Origin: a virus
Virus record (IMG/VR): IMGVR_UViG_3300042923_000524
Coordinates: 1 to 64,000 of that record
DNA length: 64,000 nucleotides
Direction: 5' to 3' (one strand)
Part shown: positions 35,444 through 46,500 of the stretch, piece by piece
How positions within the stretch are numbered: the stretch's first letter is position 1
Layout of the letters: the number at the start of each line of letters is the position of its first letter
Made by a program: the position numbers and the translations under genes
The notes under the pieces: model-generated
Told to the model about the DNA's origin: nothing
Database searches by the model: none
What the model saw: only the letters and a program-made list of their open reading frames with translations

Positions 35444-37996
35444 TTATGCTTTAATTACTTTAACTTTCCATGTTCCACTTGCTAAGTCAATAACTCCACC
35501 TGTCTCATTCTGAATCCTTATCTTTATAGTATCTGTTCCTGATACATATCCATTACAAGTGATACCTTGTAAATCGTATGGCGCAGATACCAAAACAAAA
35601 TCGCCAAGGGATGCACCAGTTACAGTTATTGCAGATGATGTTTCACCCACTCCATCAGCTAATGAAGCAGGATTCCAAGTTATAGAACCTTGCAAGTCTA
35701 TTTGTCCGTATCCCTTCCATGTTCCACCAGACGCACCCGATGTAATACACTCATAACCTGTATAACCACCTGCAACTGGATTTGTTTCGTATACAAATTG
35801 TCTTTTCCTTCTATAACCTGTAGTTGGTACTCCTGTTGATATTCCACCATAATCAACTATGCGAGTTCCATCGGTTTGGATTATTTGATTATGGAACTGA
35901 GTGATTAAATCTCCCTCAATTACAATTGGCTCACTATCAGGAGTAGGTGTTATTAAATACATTTCATTATTCTTTGCATTTCCAATTGTCATATTTCTAA
36001 TTAAACCATATCCACTAGAACTACCTCTTCTAGTAATCTTATTATCTATCAATCTATAGGTTGTAAGTGCATTACCCGTAATATAAGTAGTAACATCTAT
36101 ATCATTATCTTTTAAGATGATTTGACTTTCTGCTACTGAAAAACTCATTGTTAAATTTCCAGTATGTTTTATTTTGCACTTTTCTATTACTGCCTTGCAT
36201 GGGTAACTTGTAGCATCCATTGACAACTGAATATTACCTTCATCAACCCCAAATAAATACAAGTTTTTTGGAGACCTTGCAGCAAAAGCAAATTTTGAAG
36301 TATCAGCACCATTAGGATGTTTTAATCCTTTTACAACTACGTTACCTCCTGTATTAAAGAAGTATACAGAATAATCAATGGCTGAAACTGTTACATTGCC
36401 TGTGGTTTCCAAGTCTTCATTATAGTCTGCTTTGTAATCGGTATCGGCAGCAGCCGAAGAAGTTTTGCGATAATACCATTTACACTTCAAGTTAGTGTTT
36501 TTTACAACACCACCACAATTAGGATGAAATACTCCTGCTTCAAAATTACAGTTTTCAGTTACAATATTAAATCTATCGCCGATACCAGAACCACGCAAGT
36601 ATAAGTCAACCACGTAATCTAATAATTCAGCAAATGCAGATTGATTTACTCCTGTAGTTCCCTTTGCGGTGCAATTTATAAACTTAGCTGTTAGTCTTGT
36701 ATTAGCGTCAACTGTAGAGGTAATGGCTCTGAACGCATGACCCCTAGCACCAATACTATGGCAATTTCTTAATTCAACTTCTATTTCTTCTGAACCTGTA
36801 GCAACTATAGCATATGATGTTTGTGGTACATTATTAATATAACAATCATTAATTGTTACCTTCTCACAGTTTCCTACGGCAAGTCCGTTCATGGCTGTAC
36901 CATCTAAAGATGCATCAAATGTTACATCTTCAAAACCAAAAACATGAACATTTACACTCTTTGCTGGTGTTCCTGCATAGGCAACCCTTGTTGTATAATT
37001 ATTGCCATTTAAGTAACCATAGTATTCAATTCCAACAACTTTACCTATTACCAATATACAACCACCATAATTACCTGGTGTACCTGTGTAATTAAATTTT
37101 GCACCATAGGCTATTATCGTAACATTGCTACCCCATACTACAAGAGTGTTGCTGTTTATTGTATAAGTAACACCTGCTCTAAATATAACAACTCCACCAT
37201 CTACACAAGCTGCATCAACAGCTTTTTGACAATGTATCCAGTCAGTACCACCATACATTTCAGGAGTGTAATATTTCGCAGTTTCAGCCAAATGCGACGT
37301 AACTTCATTTTTAACTTCACTTACAGCACCTACTAAATTACTCTTTTCAGTAGTAGTAAGATTAGATAAAATTCCGATTTCATTGTCAAAATATTGATAT
37401 TCAGTGTCTAGTCTATCTTTTAAATTATCATAAACAACAGGTAATGCAGGAATATCATTAGTTCTAGCATTATATGTTTCACCATATTCTGCATTTAATC
37501 TCTGTCCTAATATCTCATATTCAGTACCAGTATTAGCATCTACTCTTGCATCAACAACTTCTGATGCTTGTTGTGTATTAGCTAGAAGAAAATTCAATCT
37601 TTGAACAAGTTCTTTCATTCCACCCTCAACATGAATAGAGGTGAATAGATTATCTAAATCTTCAAGTTTGACGCGTTGGGCATAGAGATATTTTATTCCA
37701 CGACCTGCGTAGACTGATATATTTACACTAGTACCTTCGAGGTCTGGGTGAAAATACACAATTGAGCTTCCATAGTCCACCTTAAATTCAGTAGCGTTTC
37801 CTAATTCTGTATTTATTTTTTGTTCATACATTCCAGTTATAACTACTTTTGCTGATTCAGAAGGCAATTGTGCTAGTAATACTTGACTATCATATACTAC
37901 ATGTGGTTCATTATAAATTAAAACAGTAATGGGATTTCCATTGCTGTCACGGTTGAGTTCAAGTTCAAAAGGAGCTTGAAACGATTGTATACTCAT
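35444..37996 (-). CDS. Receptor-binding tail fibre/spike with beta-helix (depolymerase-like) domain
   Basis: EVVDAR...RL repeats, IG.LSNLTT.EKSNLVGAVSE hinge, QKAVDAA start of beta-helix, G/N/T-rich repeats. Confidence 0.75.
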   Translation of the reverse strand: MSIQSFQAPFELELNRDSNGNPITVLIYNEPHVVYDSQVLLAQLPSESAKVVITGMYEQKINTELGNATEFKVDYGSSIVYFHPDLEGTSVNISVYAGRGIKYLYAQRVKLEDLDNLFTSIHVEGGMKELVQRLNFLLANTQQASEVVDARVDANTGTEYEILGQRLNAEYGETYNARTNDIPALPVVYDNLKDRLDTEYQYFDNEIGILSNLTTTEKSNLVGAVSEVKNEVTSHLAETAKYYTPEMYGGTDWIHCQKAVDAACVDGGVVIFRAGVTYTINSNTLVVWGSNVTIIAYGAKFNYTGTPGNYGGCILVIGKVVGIEYYGYLNGNNYTTRVAYAGTPAKSVNVHVFGFEDVTFDASLDGTAMNGLAVGNCEKVTINDCYINNVPQTSYAIVATGSEEIEVELRNCHSIGARGHAFRAITSTVDANTRLTAKFINCTAKGTTGVNQSAFAELLDYVVDLYLRGSGIGDRFNIVTENCNFEAGVFHPNCGGVVKNTNLKCKWYYRKTSSAAADTDYKADYNEDLETTGNVTVSAIDYSVYFFNTGGNVVVKGLKHPNGADTSKFAFAARSPKNLYLFGVDEGNIQLSMDATSYPCKAVIEKCKIKHTGNLTMSFSVAESQIILKDNDIDVTTYITGNALTTYRLIDNKITRRGSSSGYGLIRNMTIGNAKNNEMYLITPTPDSEPIVIEGDLITQFHNQIIQTDGTRIVDYGGISTGVPTTGYRRKRQFVYETNPVAGGYTGYECITSGASGGTWKGYGQIDLQGSITWNPASLADGVGETSSAITVTGASLGDFVLVSAPYDLQGITCNGYVSGTDTIKIRIQNETGGVIDLASGTWKVKVIKA

Positions 37997-38016
37997 TGTT
38001 ATACCTCCTCATAATT

Positions 38017-39036
38017 TTATATTATTTTTCGTAATTTTCCATATTTTTCATCATTCAAACTTAAGCCAATATTTAAAATATAATGACAATGCCCCTTTTT
38101 ATCTAATTTAAACCATTCTAGTGCTTTATTAAATTCTTCTTTTAATATTTCATCAGTAGGTAAATAATTTCTTATAGACACAATTTTAAATAATTTCCAA
38201 CCATCATATTTTAAAGTCTGATATCTTTTAATTTCTCTTTTATCAAATTCTTCTTGTGTAAAATTTCCATGCCTAACGGATAAATCATGCCCACTTCCAT
38301 CAAATTCTATATAAATTTTTTCATCGGGAAACGCTATATCTAATACATACTTATTATCATAATTTAATTCCCCACCAAATAATTCATGTAAATATTTTTG
38401 AGGTGCAGAACATGGTATTAATCCCAATTTTATAATGTTCACCCTTCTTTTTTCTTTTCTACAAAATCTACACCTTTGTCCTCTTTGAAAATGTACTAAA
38501 TCAATTTCATCCTCATTACCACAATTGCACTTATATCTTAATTTAGTTTTTTGATTTTTATATTCTGTTGATAATAATTCACAACCCTCTTTAGTGAATA
38601 TTTTTTTAACTTCTTCTAATGTAAATCTTAAAGCGTTACCAACCTTTACTCTTGCACATTCTCGACACCTGTTGCCATTTTTAAATGAGTTATAAGTAAT
38701 TTTACCAATATTACCACATGAGCATTTATAATCTAAAAGAGTTTGTGCATTTATATATTCTTTAGATATAAGTTCACAATCATTTTTTTTAAAATAATTA
38801 TAAACATCTTCATACTTTAGCCTTTGATTATCAATTACTATTTTATTTTTACATTTCATACAGCCTCTACCACACAATAAATTATTAATAGAAACCCTAC
38901 TTTTATGTCCACAGATTATACACTCATAATTAATAGCTGTTGTAGAATTTTTAAATTCACTTTCTAATATTAATGGTTTAAGATTTCTTTCTATAAATAA
39001 ATTTACCATGCCTTTATATGTATGTCTTTTACCAAT
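38017..39036 (-). CDS. Zn-ribbon repeat + Vsr/EDxHD-like endonuclease (probable ATT start)
   Basis: Repeated YE.V...F...C.L.S.EY.N..T.L.Y.C.CG; LDIAF...IEFDGSGH; AAGGAAG RBS precedes ATT GGT AAA AGA. Confidence 0.7.
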   Translation of the reverse strand: MGKRHTYKGMVNLFIERNLKPLILESEFKNSTTAINYECIICGHKSRVSINNLLCGRGCMKCKNKIVIDNQRLKYEDVYNYFKKNDCELISKEYINAQTLLDYKCSCGNIGKITYNSFKNGNRCRECARVKVGNALRFTLEEVKKIFTKEGCELLSTEYKNQKTKLRYKCNCGNEDEIDLVHFQRGQRCRFCRKEKRRVNIIKLGLIPCSAPQKYLHELFGGELNYDNKYVLDIAFPDEKIYIEFDGSGHDLSVRHGNFTQEEFDKREIKRYQTLKYDGWKLFKIVSIRNYLPTDEILKEEFNKALEWFKLDKKGHCHYILNIGLSLNDEKYGKLRKII

Positions 39037-39084
39037 AATTAACCACTTCCTTTGAATATATTTAATAAATTTTTATATTAATTA

Positions 39085-39303
39085 TTATTTACTTTCTTCT
39101 TTCACTACCTTCACTGCATTTTCAATCTTTTCAGTTCTTATAGGTTTAACTCTAAAAGGCTCTTGTAATATTTCATATACTTTCATAAGCTTTGTAGCCT
39201 CTGCAAAACCTACAAAATGAAATGTATTAACTATATTCAATAATTCTTCTATTTTATCTTTTGAATATGAGACTTGTTGTGAGTTGTTAGGGTTATTTAT
39301 CAT
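39085..39303 (-). CDS. Small tail-associated hypothetical protein (72 aa)
   Basis: AAAGGAAG RBS; located in the tail operon. Confidence 0.55.
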   Translation of the reverse strand: MINNPNNSQQVSYSKDKIEELLNIVNTFHFVGFAEATKLMKVYEILQEPFRVKPIRTEKIENAVKVVKEESK

Positions 39304-39383
39304 AGAAACTTCCTTTCTTTTTCTTTTTATTATTTTTGATATAATATATTTTAAATAATTTTATATTTATTATTAAAAAACTA

Positions 39384-39411
39384 TTGCAATTTTTGGAAAT
39401 AGTAGTATAAT
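39384..39411 (+). promoter_or_regulatory. Sigma-A promoter of the antisense moron
   Basis: TTGCAA-16bp-TATAAT. Confidence 0.65.
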
Positions 39412-39472
39412 TGAATTAAGAAGTGAAAATAATAATAAATATAAAAATATATTATTTAAGGAGATGTTATTT

Positions 39473-40153
39473 ATGTTTAAGAAAATGTTTAATAAGCAAA
39501 CTTTAATAGCTTTTGTATTAGGAGGATTGATGTTCTCATCCATTCCTGTTTTTGCTGAAACTATTCAATATGTTTTTACACAAAGCAATTGCAAGTTAAT
39601 TATTGATGGCAAAGAATACAGTAATCCTGATATTCCTGTTACTTTGTATTTAAAAGACCAAAGTAACTATGCTCCTTTGGCTGTTATCAGAGATATATGT
39701 TTAAAACTTAATATTCCATTTGAGTATGATAATACAACAAAGGAAATTAATATTACTACTACAAGAAAGGAGGAAATTGTATTGAGTGAAACTGTTACAT
39801 CGATTGAAACAACAACAACAACTGAAACAATTACCACTGAACCAACAAATAATCTTATTACTTATGAAGAAGACGGATTGACAATTGTTGAGTTGGATAA
39901 TGTAAAATATATTAGATTAAATAGCTTAGATGAAAAACTTAGGAGTATAAACTATAAAATTTGGAACAAAACAATTACAACAACTTATTTACGTTATGGC
40001 AATGATGATGAAAATTTATCTGAACCAATTAATTTATATGGAAGAGGACTTGTTGGATTAACAGGATATAAAAAATTTAATGATAGTTTTGTCTATATGA
40101 AATATAATGATTACTTGAATAAAATAAAACCACTTATAAAAACAGGAGAATAA
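39473..40153 (+). CDS. Moron: secreted protein with Cu-amine-oxidase-N/stalk-like domain and Thr-rich linker
   Basis: Signal peptide ...IPVFA/ET; L.IDGKEY...YAPL..IR.I...L...FEYD..TK.I.IT; own promoter and terminator; opposite strand to the tail operon. Confidence 0.7.
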   Translation: MFKKMFNKQTLIAFVLGGLMFSSIPVFAETIQYVFTQSNCKLIIDGKEYSNPDIPVTLYLKDQSNYAPLAVIRDICLKLNIPFEYDNTTKEINITTTRKEEIVLSETVTSIETTTTTETITTEPTNNLITYEEDGLTIVELDNVKYIRLNSLDEKLRSINYKIWNKTITTTYLRYGNDDENLSEPINLYGRGLVGLTGYKKFNDSFVYMKYNDYLNKIKPLIKTGE

Positions 40154-40168
40154 AATCTCCTGTTTTTT
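40139..40168. terminator. Bidirectional terminator
   Basis: AAAACAGGAGA-ataaaa-TCTCCTGTTTT-TT. Confidence 0.75.
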
Positions 40169-40169
40169 A

Positions 40170-42710
40170 TTATGGTATCAATACATCTGTTATTAATCCA
40201 TTGCTAACAGTAATTATAGTTCCAGTAGTAATTTCATATATTCCATCAGCAGTATCTTTAATAGTTGCTCCACTAAAATCAACTAAACCATCAAAAAGTA
40301 CAGCACCATTCGTATACCCATATTCACCACTGTTTACAAGATGAATGGCATTAGTTGAACCATTGCTTGCGAAGTGTACAAAAGAAAAAGATACTCCAGA
40401 TTTATATATTGCCCCTACATTCATTGCGCTCCCATCTCCAGCACCAAAGATACAATAAGGCACTGTAAACCCACCCAATTCTTCAAATCCAAAACTCATC
40501 TTTTCAAGTCCATCATTCCAAAATTTTATATTTTGTTCTTCTAGTACTATATAGTCATTTACAATTGAACTGGTTCTAAGTTTCTTGGCAATAAGGTTTC
40601 CACCACTATCCAGAACTATCCTATCCTCCCAGACCTGTGCTTCTTGAGTTCCAGTATTAGCTCTAATATAGAAACCTAACTCTGGTGACATATCTATTTT
40701 GTATCTTTCAACAGCATCTATTATAGTAGTCATTTTTATAAATCCATTATCAATGTAGAGACAAGGTTTATTTAAACTGTCCAATCCGAGATATATTGCA
40801 TTTCTAAAATTATTTAATTCTTCATTAAAAATATCAATTTGAATACCATTTCCTCTTGTAATTGCTACACGACTTGTTTTGTCAGAGGTTTCCATATAAA
40901 GACCATTAGCCGAAAGCAAAGTATAATATGTCTCCCAACTGTCTTCACTAAAAATAATTTTGTCATTTTTTAGTTGAATTGAACCAGTTCCACTGATATC
41001 CGAACCAATAAAACCACGTTGAGAAATGTAGTTACTTCCTGCTTTTATGGTATTTTCAATAATTGAATCAGTATAAACAACTCTATCTCTATCATCAACA
41101 TATTTACTATAATCATATTTTTTAACTTCAATTTGATTAGCTACATCAGTAGTTAATTTAAAGATATTCTTGCCTAATAATGCCAAATCATTTTCTAATT
41201 TATCAGTGTTGCTAAAACTCATACTTAAACTATTACTTATAGGGTTATGTGAATAAGCAACTAATCTAATAGGATAATAATTAAAACCTAATTCAGGACT
41301 ATCAATACTTATAAAACTTCCTATATTGATATTTGCCCTATTTACTTCGCCTTCTTTGCAACTAAAAATATCTATACTATCTAAATCGAATGTTATAGGA
41401 GTTTGAGAAACTTTTATAATATATTGTTTGGCATATTCATATAACTGTTTTGCATCACTAACTTGGTCAAAAGAAATACTTTGCTCCTTAACAAAATCTA
41501 TCAACTCTTCAAGCTGAGCCTGAGTAAAGTTATTTTCATAACTTAAAGTATTTCTTAGAATCAATATATTAGCATTTACAGTATTTATGTTTGCTTGAAT
41601 TGCACTTATCTCATCTTCTTTGTTTTCTATTTCAATCTCTTTATCCTGCAAATCATCAAATATTGAATCGTATGCGGAAGTGTTTGAGGAATATGTATTC
41701 TTCTCTAAATCGAGTGCATCTTCAATTTGTGCTTTTTCACTATTCAACGCCACTAATTCATTTTGTTTTAATAGTTTATTTGTTTCATAACTATCAAGTT
41801 GATTTATATATGATGTAAAATCTCCATCTTTTGTTGCTAATAGTGTTTTATAATTATTCCATGCACTTTTTAAACTGCCTGAGAAATAGTCATTATCAAT
41901 AAACCAATCAAAATTTTCTACATAATCTCTACCAGTAATATTGTATTTATATATACCAACATTATCTTTACCTGTGATAGTAAGTCTAGTTATCAATTGG
42001 TCAAATTTATTTTCATTAGAAATTGATTTTATAAAATTTGTATCTGAAAGAACTAAATTGGTTTGTTCCCCTAATTCAGATTTTTCATATATATTAATTT
42101 CTTTGTTAATGCTATCGAAAACTATGAAGCAATTATATTCTTTCTCTAATGATTTAAACACGTCAGTATATGAGGAATCTGAAAAATCAAAACTGTGATA
42201 GATGTTTAGATTAGGATTGATATATCCTATACTCCAAGAATCATATAAGTAATTAGTTAAGAGTAAATTTAAAATTCCACCCTTTGTATTATCATTGAAA
42301 TCATATGGGTTTACAAAATCATATAATTTTCTAGTGTCTTTATATCCTCTTAATCTCTTGTTGTTGAATATATATTCTGCATAAGCAATACAATCAATAG
42401 ACTTTTTAATTGTATTATTACTACTTTTGGTAGGTTGATTAATTACAAAGTATTCGCTATATATTATTGTGTCATCTTCTTTTATATTCATCAATACAAG
42501 AAGCAATCCTTTTGTTAAATCAAAGTTTTCATCTTTGATTCTAGTCCAACCATTCTGATAATATGATAATTCAAAATTTAATTCGTTAAAACTATCAAAT
42601 CTAGGACTGAATGTTAAATCTGTGTATTCTAATGTACCTATTTCATTTCTGAGTGAACCGCATAATATAAGTTCATAAAAATATTTTTTATTTAATAGCT
42701 GACCTATCAA
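40170..42710 (-). CDS. Tail-associated (Tal/baseplate hub, prophage tail endopeptidase-like) protein
   Basis: Follows Dit; ITRL.ITGKD motif, coiled-coil middle. Confidence 0.7.
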   Translation of the reverse strand: MIGQLLNKKYFYELILCGSLRNEIGTLEYTDLTFSPRFDSFNELNFELSYYQNGWTRIKDENFDLTKGLLLVLMNIKEDDTIIYSEYFVINQPTKSSNNTIKKSIDCIAYAEYIFNNKRLRGYKDTRKLYDFVNPYDFNDNTKGGILNLLLTNYLYDSWSIGYINPNLNIYHSFDFSDSSYTDVFKSLEKEYNCFIVFDSINKEINIYEKSELGEQTNLVLSDTNFIKSISNENKFDQLITRLTITGKDNVGIYKYNITGRDYVENFDWFIDNDYFSGSLKSAWNNYKTLLATKDGDFTSYINQLDSYETNKLLKQNELVALNSEKAQIEDALDLEKNTYSSNTSAYDSIFDDLQDKEIEIENKEDEISAIQANINTVNANILILRNTLSYENNFTQAQLEELIDFVKEQSISFDQVSDAKQLYEYAKQYIIKVSQTPITFDLDSIDIFSCKEGEVNRANINIGSFISIDSPELGFNYYPIRLVAYSHNPISNSLSMSFSNTDKLENDLALLGKNIFKLTTDVANQIEVKKYDYSKYVDDRDRVVYTDSIIENTIKAGSNYISQRGFIGSDISGTGSIQLKNDKIIFSEDSWETYYTLLSANGLYMETSDKTSRVAITRGNGIQIDIFNEELNNFRNAIYLGLDSLNKPCLYIDNGFIKMTTIIDAVERYKIDMSPELGFYIRANTGTQEAQVWEDRIVLDSGGNLIAKKLRTSSIVNDYIVLEEQNIKFWNDGLEKMSFGFEELGGFTVPYCIFGAGDGSAMNVGAIYKSGVSFSFVHFASNGSTNAIHLVNSGEYGYTNGAVLFDGLVDFSGATIKDTADGIYEITTGTIITVSNGLITDVLIP

Positions 42711-42723
42711 TAGATATCACCTC

Positions 42724-43518
42724 CTAGATATATAGTGGGAATTCTGATTTTATTTGTATGACACAAGGGTTATCTACTGTAATTAAATTTTGACCATATG
42801 TTAGTCTAAGCCAATTTTTATTAAAGTTTCCTAATCTATTCAAACCAGAACTTGAAACTATTTGTTTTAATTGATTATTAAAATAGAACTCTTCTAATGT
42901 GTTTTCTACTTGAATTTGAAATACTCTATTAGCATCAGAAGTATTCGTTAATGTTACCCCTGTACTATCACCTTTTAAGTCAATCCAAAGTTCTGGTTCA
43001 TAATAATAATCTTGATATTTTGGATGCATTACATTTGATTTATTTACAAGCATTATTGTAGTTGGTTCAGTTATATCCGATAGGTCGAAAGTAGATATTT
43101 CTGGAATACTAAAACTATAAGGTGCTGATGTTCTAAGTTGTAATTCAAAATATCCACGATTTCCAGTTAAATATAAATCTGATTGATTAGTACAAATAAC
43201 ATAAAAAATACGTCCTAAAAAATCTGTGCTTTGGAAACTTTTATAAGTATCTCCTCCAAATAATTTAGCAATTTGAAATCTATATTCCTCTGTAAATTCA
43301 TCATCAAGCAAACTAAATTTTAATGTAAATTCAATAGGCTTTTTTATTGTTTTATAAAAAGTTGGTATGTCTCTGTATGGCACTTGTTCTTCTACAATAT
43401 CTCTCGCACCTATAAAGGGAGTATTTACAAGTCCACTATCTGTACGAATTATCGAAATACCATTAACGCCTATATCTGAACTATTTACTCCATCTATAAT
43501 AAAAGTTGTATCTTGCAT
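42724..43518 (-). CDS. Distal tail protein (Dit)
   Basis: Directly after the TMP; F.IDG.NS...G, PYSFS, WLRL.YG.N.I. Confidence 0.75.
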   Translation of the reverse strand: MQDTTFIIDGVNSSDIGVNGISIIRTDSGLVNTPFIGARDIVEEQVPYRDIPTFYKTIKKPIEFTLKFSLLDDEFTEEYRFQIAKLFGGDTYKSFQSTDFLGRIFYVICTNQSDLYLTGNRGYFELQLRTSAPYSFSIPEISTFDLSDITEPTTIMLVNKSNVMHPKYQDYYYEPELWIDLKGDSTGVTLTNTSDANRVFQIQVENTLEEFYFNNQLKQIVSSSGLNRLGNFNKNWLRLTYGQNLITVDNPCVIQIKSEFPLYI

Positions 43519-43571
43519 TTTTTCACCGCCTTAAATATTAATATTTATAAAAATTTAATTATTTTCAAAAT

Positions 43572-43598
43572 AAAAAGAAGCCTTATTTCTAAGGCTTC
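43572..43598 (-). terminator. Intrinsic terminator after the TMP
   Basis: Minus strand GAAGCCTTA-GAAA-TAAGGCTTC-TTTTT. Confidence 0.75.
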
Positions 43599-46500
43599 CA
43601 ACCACCACCAAGTTTTGAATATTCTCTTTTTATGTTGTGCATTATTTTATTTGTAATATCACCTATAGAATCATTATCAACATTTTGAGCGTATATATTT
43701 ATATTGCCAAAATTCAAATTACCACTTCCACCAACCCCTGCCATAGAAGGAATCTTAGGCATACTTAAATTAGGCATAAAATTATTAAACCCACTTAATA
43801 TTTTTTGAGTTATATCAGCAGGGAATACTTGAGAATGTTTAGGTAGGTTAATTAACTCTGCACCATTTTCACCTACAATACTCATTCCGCCTATTGCATC
43901 TTTAGTACCATTTGCATATTGGGGAAAAGAACCTGTAGTGTTAATATTGATACTGCCCATAGAATCCAACAACGCTTTAGCTTTCTCTAACTTACCAACA
44001 AACTCACTCTGCAAATTACCACCCAACACACCTAAAGTCTCTCCAAACGTATTTGAGAAGGTTACAAAGGCTTCTTGAACTGTTACTAACTTACCATTGA
44101 TATCTGTAACCATACCAGTTGTTAAGGTTTTATTAGCTTCAGTATAAAGATTACCCTCTTGTAATAATTTTTCATAATTAGTTTTAATAATCTCAAATCG
44201 CTTTTCTTCTGCTTCTTTGGCATTTTTAATTTTCTGTTCCTTTTCATCCAAACTATTTTGAAGTGCTTGTTTGCGTAATTCATCTTCTCTATCTTGTTGT
44301 AAGTCTAATAAATTTTCACGATTTTCGGATAATTCTTTATCTATTTCTTTTATACGATTAATGGCAACTAAATCACCTGATGAAGCTGCCATTGCTAATG
44401 TGTTACGTTCATTTGTAAGTGTTGAAATATTGCCTGTGATTTTATTTTGATTTTTAGAGAAGTCTTCAGCATCACGAAGTTTATCAATTGCATCAATTTG
44501 TTCTTGAATATTACTTTTATATTTATCAAGTTCTTTATCAAGTTTGTCTAATTTCTTTTTGTGTGCTTTATCGGCTTCATCTAGTTCTAATTCGTAACGC
44601 TTTTTGATTATTTCAACTATTTGTTTTTGAACATCTTCTAGGTTTTTGGTTTGTTCTTCAAGAGTTTTAGTTTCGAGTTCTTCAGCCTTTTTAGCGAAAT
44701 CATCCATAACGTTCAGATTTGCATCGATAGCACTCTCAAGTTTCCACCATTCCAAAGAAGTTGATTGTATCATATCGGTCAACTCTTGATGTCTGTCAGA
44801 ACCAACTTTTAATGTTGCTAACTCTTTGTTTCTAGCAACATTAAGTTTATGTAAATTATCTTGTTGTTGCTCCAACATTTCATTACGTTTCTTTAGAATT
44901 GGAATTTGGTCGGAATCTTCTGTTTGGGAGAGGATTTCTTGTTGTTTTGAGAGTTCAAAATTTAGGTCACGAATGGTATTGTATAGGGATTGATAAGGTT
45001 TTTCTGAGTCTGCTTTATCACCACCACCCCTAACACCAGAAGCATTAGGAGTTTTAGTTGTGGTAGAACCATATTTTAATCTATTGCTTTCTATATCACC
45101 ACTAGAACTTCCACCCAACATTACTTCAGCAGACATAGCATTTAATTCTGATAGTTTTTGTTTTAAACCATTAATTCTATCTATTGTTGCTTTTTCTTTG
45201 GCTGGTGTAATAACTCCTGCAAAACCACTGCTAAAAGTTTCTCGTTCTACATTATTTATTTGTGCTTTTAGTTTTGTTTTTTCGTTTTCAATATCTTGTA
45301 ACGCTTCTCTACGTTTTTCATCCGTTGCTAATTTAACCGCACTTGCGAGGTCTTCATATTTGATTTTTTCCATATCCAAATTAGCAAAGACACTTGGGTA
45401 CATCTTTTGTAATTCTGCTGTTACTCTACCCATGCGTGTTTTCTCATCTACAGATAATGATTCTTTATTAGCAAGGTCGGAGATACTTTTCATTAATTTA
45501 TCTGCTTCAGTAGATTCATCAGAAAAAGCTTTTGCATTTTTTATAGCATTGTCATACATTTTCTGTTGATGTTTTTTGTATAAGTTGAAAGCAATAATTA
45601 ATCCACCTATAGCTAAAGCCAACCCTGAAACAACTGGATTGATGGCAGCTAAAGTCCAATTCATTGTTGCAATACCTTTAATAAAATTTTGAACTGCTAC
45701 TAAAGATTTAACTATATTATTTGAAAAGATTATTATAGTTGCTGATAAAGCTATTATTGCAATATTAACCAAACCTACACCGTCTGAGAATTGAACAAGA
45801 CCTATACCCATTTCTATAAATTTACCAATTTGTTCAGAATTAAAAGTATTCAAAAATAATTCTTCCCATGTTGCTTTTAGTTTATTTGCCTTTGACTCGT
45901 TCGATTCAAGATAGATACCAAACTTCTCGTTTGTTGTTCCAGTAGCTTGTAAGGCTTTATTATATAAAGTTGTTGCTTCTGTTAAACCATCCATTAGATT
46001 GTAGAATCTTGATTGTTGTCTTGCCCCCGCAAGTGTGGTGGCGAGGTAAGCCTTTGTATTAGTATCCAAACCATCCCATTTAGTACCAAGTTGCTCAACG
46101 ACTAAATCAAATCTTCTTATTTGACCTTCACCATCAGTTAAACTAATGTTTACAGCTTTTAAGGCTTTTGCCACGTCATTAATACGTGTCTCATCTTCTT
46201 CATTCCATCCAGTCTCCGTTAAGTTTTGGAATCTTGCCAACAAAGCCTTCATGCTTGTTCCAATAGATTCGGCTGACTCTCTTGTTTTACTGGAAATTAC
46301 TGCAATATAGCTGGTGATTTTTTCAAATGGTATATTCAATGCACCTGCCGAACCTGCTACTTTTTGCATAGCTCTACCAATTTCTGCACCACTCGTTGCC
46401 GTTGCATCTCCGAGGAATGTCATTACGTCTGAAGCACGTTCAATATCTACACCCATAGAGTTAACTACAGCAGTAAGAATTTCTGCTGATTGCGTAAAAT

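Noticed and set aside
35444-42710. Diversity-generating retroelement or invertible tail-fibre shufflon
   Set aside because: No reverse transcriptase, no TR/VR pair, and no inverted fibre C-termini seen.
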